Below are positions 53,898-64,000 of a stretch of 64,000 nucleotides of DNA, in pieces. The stretch is from the human T2T-CHM13v2.0 reference genome, Homo sapiens. Within the stretch, counting starts at the first letter, position 1; the number at the start of each line of letters is the position of its first letter. The DNA is taken from NCBI RefSeq assembly GCF_009914755.1, contig NC_060930.1; one strand, 5' to 3'. The notes under the pieces were generated by a model. The model had not been told where the DNA came from and ran no database searches. It was given only the letters and a program-made list of their open reading frames with translations. The position numbers were made by a program, and so were the translations under genes.

Positions 53898-54733
53898 TAT
53901 TGTAGGGTTTTGAGAGGAGTGGCATTTATGACTTACAATTTAAAAGGATCTCTCTGCTTGGTGGAGAACAGACTGTGAGAGACAAGGTGGAAGTAGAGAG
54001 TGTGGTGAGGCAGTGGTCCCTGTGAGAGATGCTGGTGGCCAGGACTAGGTGACAAGAGAGGAGGTGGTGAGCAGTGGTCAGATTCTGGAAATGTTTCAAA
54101 GTCATCAACAGACTTTCCTGACAGACTAGATGTTAGCGTGAAAGAAAGACAGGAGTCAAGGGCGCCTGAACAACCCGAAGGCCGGGGTTGCTATCAACTG
54201 AATGCGCAAGCTACAGGTGGAGCTTATTTGAAATATTTATTAGACATCCAAATGATTGTCTAATCAACGTCATCCGTAGACGGTATTTAGAGCCGTGAAT
54301 ATGACATGTATTTACTATTTGAAAAACAAATTTGTATATTTGTTTATGTATATATATTAATGTGCATATATATAATATATATAAAATATATGTATAGGTA
54401 TATGTATATATAATGCCTCTTTTCTAAACATAGGCACAAAAACTGGTCACTTTGGTTACCTCTCAGAGAACTGAGTGGCTGGAGATTGAGGGTTAAATGG
54501 AGTCTTATTTTTCATGGCATATCAATTTAAACCTTTTAATTTTGAACCATATGAATATATGATAGTTTAAAATTAAAATAACATTTAAAAAATAATAAAA
54601 ATTACAAGCCACATTATAAAGCTGCCACAAAGCTGTGGCTTAATGGTTTTTTATTGTTAATTTTTCAGAAAATGCTAAGATAAATTAATTTTACTAATTC
54701 CAAAGGTATTCATTGAATACCTACCACATATAA

Positions 54734-55037
<304 letters not shown>

Positions 55038-56058
55038 TGAAATTTTTAAAAAACCTACACGATGTGGTCTCTTCTTCAACATGATAATGTGTTGAATCTG
55101 AATGTAAATCTAAATCGGCCTTTTAGAACTAATTAGTTGCAAAAGTTACACCTTATTAGGATTAGCAAGCAGCTGGTTTTGTAAAACACAGCAGCTGGGG
55201 TTTTTGAACACATAGTGTGTAGTTCATTATCTGGCTATTTCTGACCCCAGAAAAAAATTCAGAATTATTTTATGACCCCAAACTAAATTAAATATCTATA
55301 AGGGTTGATCATATGTAGAAAAGAAAACCAATACTTGATCTACCATTTTAGCTCTTGCTCAATACTTTCTGGGTTAAAAAAATTTTTTAATATAGGAAAG
55401 TCCAAAGACTAGTATGAGAAACACCTATGGCTCACCACCCAGAATTAACAAATATCAACATTTGTTCATGTTTGCCTTGCATATTTTAATAACACATCTA
55501 AAATGGTGCAGATAAAATGTAGGTCTTCTTTATTCTTCCAGTCCCATTCTTTCTCCTCCATAGAAATAACCACTCTCCTAGAGAGAGTGTGCAACCTTCC
55601 AGCATAAATAAGATATAAATTTTAAATAAAAGCTATTCTTTTCTACACGTTATTCTGCAACTTGCCTTTTTTTTACCTAACATTGCATTTTGATCTATCC
55701 ATGTTGACATATGTCACCGTTTTATTTTCTAGAGAGACGTGAAATCATAGCAATTTTTATTTTTCATAAGGACATCATATATGAATTAGAATAGGAATGT
55801 TTGCTAACTGCCCTAAAACATAAAGATGGTGCTCCTGAACGCTACACCAGTTGCCCCAGGGCACTGTAGTGAACTCACAGGGAGGCAGCCGGACATTTTT
55901 AAATTTCAAGGGAAACACAGTGACATTTGCCAGCTACCATGCAAACTGCCGTTATTAAATTGTTTAGACCCATTAGGCACTTGCTTTGGCCTAGGTCCAG
56001 AACAATTAGGTACTTCTTTTGGCCTAGAGTTTCCATGAAAAAAACTACTGAAACACTA

Positions 56059-56420
<362 letters not shown>

Positions 56421-56976
56421 ACTATACAAACTGCTGTTCTCTGTCAGGCTCCACTACTCTGGTGTGCAACTGCAAGAATTACAGACAGAGTGCCTCAGAG
56501 AAACTGACTGGCCTTGAAAACCTAAAACTATTCATTGATAAAAACAGTGAGTGATGATATGGAGCACCTGGAAGGAACAGTTTGGTGTTACAGCTCTAAA
56601 AATCTCCAGCAAACTCTATTAGGTGAGCTTCTAAATTATTTCAAACATATGATTTTCATCAAAAATGCCCCTCATGCTGTGATAAAACTTAAATGTGCAT
56701 CTGGCTATTTACCTATGCAAAGGGAGGGCAAGAGTTGAGAGGGATCAGGTAGAGCAATGGGTGTTGAAAGGCTGCAACTGAAGAAAAGGAAGACCTCAGG
56801 CATGGTTTTTAATGAATAGTCAATCAACCTATTTTACTCACAGGTGGTACTTCTGAGATTTAACCTATGCTTCATCCCTCCTGAAAAACCGGAACTCAGC
56901 TTGAGGAATATTTATTGAAAACTTACCCTCATTTTTACTTAAAAGGATAGCATCAGGGACCCTATTTTAGGAATAC

Positions 56977-57422
56977 TGTGTCAGCCTAAATAATAACCAG
57001 AGACAGACTCTCTAAAAGAAAGGATATTTATTTAAAGATAGAGCATTGCAATGTCAGTATGCATGCCATAGTAAACTATGTGTGTGTTCAGGGAGGTAAA
57101 GACAAAGGTTTTTAAAGGGAAAAAATGAGGAAGATTACATCATTGTTTTGAAATAATTATCCGTGGCTACAAAGATCAACAATAGGGGTGATGCCAGCCT
57201 GAGGTTGGACAGGCAGTAGTGGGACAGGTGTCCTTGCAGAGGTACTTTTTATATAAGGTGGCAATGGCCTTTGTGCAAGGTTGTGGGTTTTGCAGTTTTT
57301 TGTGACAGTTTTTGTTACCAGACATACACGGATGAGAACCCTCTCTTTGTGGCCTTCCCGGCTCTATTTGTCATGGTTTTCTTAACTTTAGCAATTCCAT
57401 TTTGATTCTAACAACTATCACA
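56977..57422 (-). mobile_element. ERV1-type solo LTR
   Basis: TG...CA bounded ~445-bp segment with LTR-like motifs; subfamily uncertain. Confidence 0.6.
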
Positions 57423-58655
57423 CTTGCATTTGTGCTTATATAGCACCAGGAGTACTATCAGGACACTTTGAGTTTCCCTGCAGAGGGAAAGGTGATTGAG
57501 TAGATAGGAAAGATGACAAAGCTATTCTCCTCAACCATGGACACATCTGCACATGTAATCCCAGGGCCAAGGCCACACTTGGCTTGCTTCGCTGATCTCT
57601 CTTTTACATAAATTCCATTTAGCATTTTGGCTACCAGATAAATTTCTTTCCATTTAAATATAAAAAGTCCTATCAGAGGAATGAAGGATTGCAATTTTAT
57701 AAAAGGTCATAAGGAGAGGTTATAACAATCTTTAACAGGAATATGAAAAAGCCTGAGTTTGGGGGAAATTTTCTGAACCTGAAAAAGGAAGAAACAGTAG
57801 CCATAAGGGGAAATGGCTTTTGAATTTTAACAAAATGAACTTCGTATGTTGCTAAAAAATATGAGCTGAAAATATACTGCTTTTTTTCCCTGAGTTATAC
57901 CTATCTCCTGAAGGACCAAGAGTGGCCCGTGTGATGTCACTTGGCAACACTAATCGATGAGATGTCTCGATCTAAGGCATCTTAGCACCAATAACAAAAA
58001 CATTTTAAAATCAATGATTATATAACCTATTCCTATTTTCTTTGAGAGAAGAGCTCTTCCTAAAAATACCACCAACCATATTCTCTTTCAGCTACAAATG
58101 AATTCAAATGTAATTTTTTTCTATAACATTAATGTCAGGTTTTATGACCCACTGCAGAGAAATAAATAGTTTAAAGTGTTTTTGGACTACTGGCATTTAA
58201 ATGGAAAGCCAGCCTTAAGGTCGTGTGTTAGGTCATGTAAAGCCTGAAGCTGTCCTAGGTCAGCGTCAGATTCCGAGTCATGTTTGCCTAGTCCGCACAT
58301 GACTGCAGTACTTGAATAAGTGCCTACAGCAGACATTTCTCATTTTCCCAGAACTATGATTTGTAGGTAAAGAAATGGAACTGTGGTGTATCCAACATCA
58401 TGTCATATATGCTAAGGTAAAATCTGGCACTAAATAAGAAAAATGGTTTAACTCTTAAATGGAATGAAACTTTTAAAAAATCTGATTTTTTCAGCTCTTA
58501 AATAGGGAAGTTAGGCTGGAGACAGTAGGCTCAGTCATCTCTTAAGCATTCATGGAAAAACCTACTATGTGTAGTCATTTTGCTAGGGTCATGGGGCCTA
58601 CAGAGACATATCAGACAGTAGTAGGAGATGATAGGTTCATAAACAATAACAATAA

Positions 58656-58770
58656 CAGCACCATGGCACATGTATACCTCTGTAACAAACCTGCACGTTC
58701 TGCACATGTATCCCAGAACTTAAAGCAAAGTAAAAAAAAAAAAAAAAAGAAAGAACAGAGAAAAAAAAAA
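58656..58770 (+). mobile_element. Short L1PA 3' end with poly-A
   Basis: catggcacatgtatacctctgtaacaaacctgcacgttctgcacatgtatcccagaacttaaag plus A tail. Confidence 0.9.
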
Positions 58771-59839
58771 TCTTAACCTGTCTCTTGACTTAACAATTCC
58801 ACATCTAGGAATCTGTTTTGTACAATACTAGCAAGGATACATAAAAGTATGCATACAGGATGCCCACTGTAGCATTATGTGTGGTGGCAAATAAAAGCAC
58901 TTACTAGAAAATTAAAAAATAATAATAATAACAGCACAATGCCAAATTGGGGAATGCCCCAATAAAGGTATTAACAAAGGACTGTGTGAGTTCAGAGAAA
59001 CATAATGGCTAGTTTTGACCTGGGACTTGAAGGACCAGTCCAGTTTCAACGGACAGATTTGGTGAGAAGATGGGGGTAATCTAAGCAGAGAGAAATATAT
59101 GAGGAAGTGTACAGTTAGGAAAATGTAATTTAGAATGATACATAAAAGGGGGCCATGAGAAATAAAACTGGAAAGAGAGGTCAGGGGTTAATCATGGAGG
59201 CTCTCCAATACCATGCTAGAGAATTAGGAAACAGGCCTAGCACTGTGGTTCATGCCTGTAATCCCAGCAACTTGGGAAGCCAAAGTGGAAAGATCGCTTG
59301 AGCCCAGGAGCTCAAGGCTGCAGTGAGCCATGGTCTAGCCACTGCACTCCAGCCTGGAGGACAGAGCCAGACCCTATCTCTTAAAAACAAACAAACAAAC
59401 AAACAAACAAACAAAGAATTAGGAATTTATTTGCCAGGCAACATGATCACGAACACCTTCAAAATGGACCAGAGAGATGTCCACAGTAAAATCAGAAATA
59501 GAGAACTAAATCAACCAAGTGATACTGCATATCCACAATGCAGGAAGCTCTTTGTTCAGTGAAGAGATACTTGCCTATTAAGAAAAAAAAGCAGGGGGCG
59601 GGGAGAATGAAAGCTTTTTGTTATTTTGTCCATTATTGTAATTTGGAACTGTTTTCAAATGTTTGAGAGAACTGAAAGATTAATGAAATAATATATGAAA
59701 AAGCTTTGCAAATAATAGTCCTTTTTATTTAATTATTTCTTCTCAAGTAACATGAAACAATTTACATGAGTAGAAGAATAATATGACATTAAGGACATGG
59801 AACAGAAATGTTTTATCCATATAGAAACTATAATAAATT

Positions 59840-60540
59840 CAGGTTGAATATACCTTATCCAAAGAAGTGTTTCAGATTTCAGATTTTTTTGGCTTTTGGA
59901 ATATTTGCATATAATAATGAGATATCTTGGGGATGGGACCCAAGTCTAAACACAAAATTTATTTATGTTTCATATATACCTTATACACATATGCTGAAGG
60001 TAATTTTGTCAATATTTTAAATAATTTTGTGCATGAAACAAAGTTTGTATACATTGAGCCATCAGAAAGGAAAAGCATCACTATCTCAGCCAACCATTGG
60101 ACAACCTGTGGTTGTTTGGCATCACCATCATTTCTGACTCTGAAATTATATGCTCAGGCCGGGCACGGTGGCTCATGCCTATAATCCAGCACTTTGGGAG
60201 GCCAAGGCAGGTGGATTGCTTGAGACCAGGAGTTTGAAGCCAACATAGCGAAACCCCATCTCTACTAAAATTATAAAAATTAGCTGGGTCCGGTGGTGCA
60301 CACCTGTAATCCCAGCTACGATGAGAGGCTGAGGCAGGGGAGTTGCTTGAACACAGGAGGCAGAGGTTGCAGTGAGTGGAGATCACACCATTGCACTCCA
60401 GCCTGGGCGACAGAGTGAGATTCTGTCTCAAAAAAAAAAAAAAAAAAAAAAATTATACGCTGCTGATAGTCATTTTCATATACTTATTTATACATAACTA
60501 CTTATTAAAAATATGACATACATATCTGGTATGCGCAGAA
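59840..60540. mobile_element. MER46/Tigger4-like relic with nested Alu (60157-60452, +)
   Basis: caggttgaatataccttatcc...gagatatcttggggatgggacccaagtctaaacac. Confidence 0.75.
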
Positions 60541-61000
60541 AAGATATATTGCAGCTGAAGGTGGCTGGGAAGGTCTTTTTTCCTTTGGGGATGCTGAATA
60601 AACTATGTAGTGGGCCTTTGCTTTGACTTTTGGCATAAGGATGCTCAACTTGTAATATTCTTCAGGCCAAAGTGAGGGAGGAAAAGAAGGGTGCAGTGGG
60701 GGCAGGAAGATGGAAGAAGGAAATAGGAAAGACAAAAGGAAAAAGGGAAATGGGCAAGAAAGGAAGGCAGCTGGAGGGCCGCAGAGAGGCCTCATAGGAG
60801 AGAGACATGGGGGTGGCAATGCTCAGGCATACAGCTAGCAGGAAGCTTCCCAAGGTTTCTCATTTGTTCACTTCCCTCTCTGACAGCTTTCTCCCATATT
60901 CCATCACTGGCACATTCTCTACCGTTTTGAGCTGAATACTGCTTGCTCCTCTACAAAGCAAGGATTCGTAGAATAAAGAGAACCTAAAGGTTTTATTTAG

Positions 61001-61439
<439 letters not shown>

Positions 61440-62167
61440 TCACTTCACTTTTAAAGAGCCTTCATATCTGTCATCTTATTTGAGCTTTCAGTTACACAGG
61501 ATGAACATTCTTATCTTCATTTTACAGAGCAGAAGAGATAAAATGGCTATAAGGCCTTCCTAAGTAAGGGATATCCATCTCCAAAAGGATCATCTGTGGC
61601 CATTTTGATGTCATCTTGGTAGAAACTTGAGGATCTGAGTGGATCAGATGTCTGGGGAGTGAGTGAAAACCACGTTTAGTCTTGTTAAAACACCAATAAT
61701 ATTTTAAAATCAGTGATTCTATAACCTGTTCCTGTTTTTTTACTTCAGTGTGGGAAAGAGGTGTGCTATTTAGTGTAGTGAAAAGGGTACTGGGCTGAAA
61801 CAGAAGATCTGAGTTTTAATAGTAATAATATTATTAGTTAATAAAAATAGCTATGTTTAGTGAGCACTTATGGCATGCCATACACAGCACTAAGCCCCTT
61901 AGTCTTATTTCTTTTCATCTCTACCACAACTGTATGAGGTCAACACTATTTTTTTTTTTTTTTTTTTGATAAGTGATGTAGCTAAAGCTAAGTGAGCTGA
62001 AGTAATCTGGCCAAGGGCTTCAGTTCAGGCTCTGTATCATTCAGACTATTTATACCCTTTTTGAGCTTTTCATTTCTACATCTGTAAAATAAGACCACTG
62101 AGATCATTTGAGAAAAGGATAAAGACATGGAATATGCATCAACATAAGAGAGTCTGTTACACTATGT

Positions 62168-62475
62168 CAGGGGTCGGCAAACTTTTTCTGTAAAGGACAA
62201 ATAGGAAGTATTTTAGGGTTTGTGGGCCACACAGTCTTTGTCAAAACTACTCAATTCTGCCATTATAGAGCAAAGGCAGCCTGAGATGATACATACAGGA
62301 AGGAGCATGACTGTGTTCCAATAAAACTTTATTATAGATTTTGAAATTTGGATTTCATGTAACTTTCACATTTCATAAAATATTATTGTTCTTTCAATTT
62401 TGTTTAACTATTTAATAATTTTAAAAAATCATCCTTAGCTTGCAAGCCATACAGAAACAGGCAGGGGCTGGTTTA
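62168..62475. mobile_element. MER58-like hAT MITE
   Basis: caggggtcggcaaactttttctgtaaagg...gttccaataaaactttatt. Confidence 0.8.
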
Positions 62476-63309
62476 TGGAATGTTACTCTATTTGGAGATA
62501 TCACTGATATCCATGTTTATGATTGGCACATTTAAGTGATCAGAAAGGAAATATTTTTCAAGTGGAACAAACTGTTTCATCTCTTCTCACCAATGACCAC
62601 TGACCCTACAATGTCTTCTACTTTTGGTGTGTGCCATATCAGAAGAAATTGCTGGAGCATGTAAGAATCTTTATATTTTAAGGCTAGCTGAGCTGAGGGT
62701 TCAGTAGAGGGCAAAGACCAAACTGATACCCAAGGCAAGCTCCAGAAAAGAAATTTCTAGGTAAAGCATTGTTGCCTGATAAAGAAATAGTTTATTTTTT
62801 AAAATAAAAATAAAAACATCAATCAAGCACTTAATATACATCAGTGAATAGCCTTTGAGCTCCTACAAGCATGGGTCTGGGTCTCCGCAAGGTAGTCAGG
62901 CTCTTGGCACCAGTAGGCAGACAGGTTTGGAGGCAGCACCAGCAGAAGTGATCCCGAAGGCACTGTCCTCCACTTTGTCTCCACATGCAGTCTTCCCAGT
63001 GATCTCCCAGTCACTAGCACCCCAAAAGGCAGTATCTTGAAACAAAAATGCGTGTACCACCTTTCTCATCCACACTCACAGGCCCATGTGCACATGCATA
63101 TGGCATTGTCAGGATGAGCGCCTAGTGAGAGCCCCTTCATCTTATTGGCTTCTTTTGAACTCTTAGACATCTGGGTGCAGTGATTCCTTTCATCTCTCGA
63201 TACCCTGACCAAAGGAGTTGGTTTGCGGACAGCTATTACTTGTACCTATTATTGTACATGTAAATATGTTATATGGACTAGTTAGACATTATGGTGTCCA
63301 TTTGAGGTA

Positions 63310-63971
<662 letters not shown>

Positions 63972-64000
63972 AGGAGCAAGGCTTAGGAGCAGGTCTCATT

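Noticed and set aside
58300-58366. Faint resemblance of YLNKCLQQTFLIFPEL*FV to a dynein heavy-chain linker motif
   Set aside because: Too short and weak; neighbouring islands do not support it.

Overview
Primate (human or great ape) genomic DNA matching the SMIM8 - C6orf163 locus (human 6q15 by recognition of the proteins). Both genes are on the + strand. SMIM8 shows a 21-nt non-coding micro-exon plus two coding exons (97 aa); its first exon lies upstream of the window. C6orf163 is complete (5 coding exons, 329 aa). Most other sequence is repeat-derived: the 5' 2.1 kb of an antisense L1PA element, about 35 Alus, MaLR/ERV LTRs including a complete THE1 nested in an Alu, and DNA-transposon relics. 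Main unexpected observations: (1) a full-length, decayed TIGD6-like pogo transposase ORF (6410-8554) in SMIM8 intron 2, split by an MST LTR and an Alu monomer, retaining a DD30D triad, with a reconstructable upstream splice acceptor broken by another LTR; (2) an L1 ORF0 that would splice in frame with the SMIM8 CDS; (3) a micro-exon-encoded uORF; (4) a paired RFX X-box upstream of C6orf163; (5) a tentative chain of decayed exons downstream of C6orf163. Repeat subfamily names and the TIGD6 and L1 comparisons are from memory, not from a database search. Repeat boundaries are approximate.
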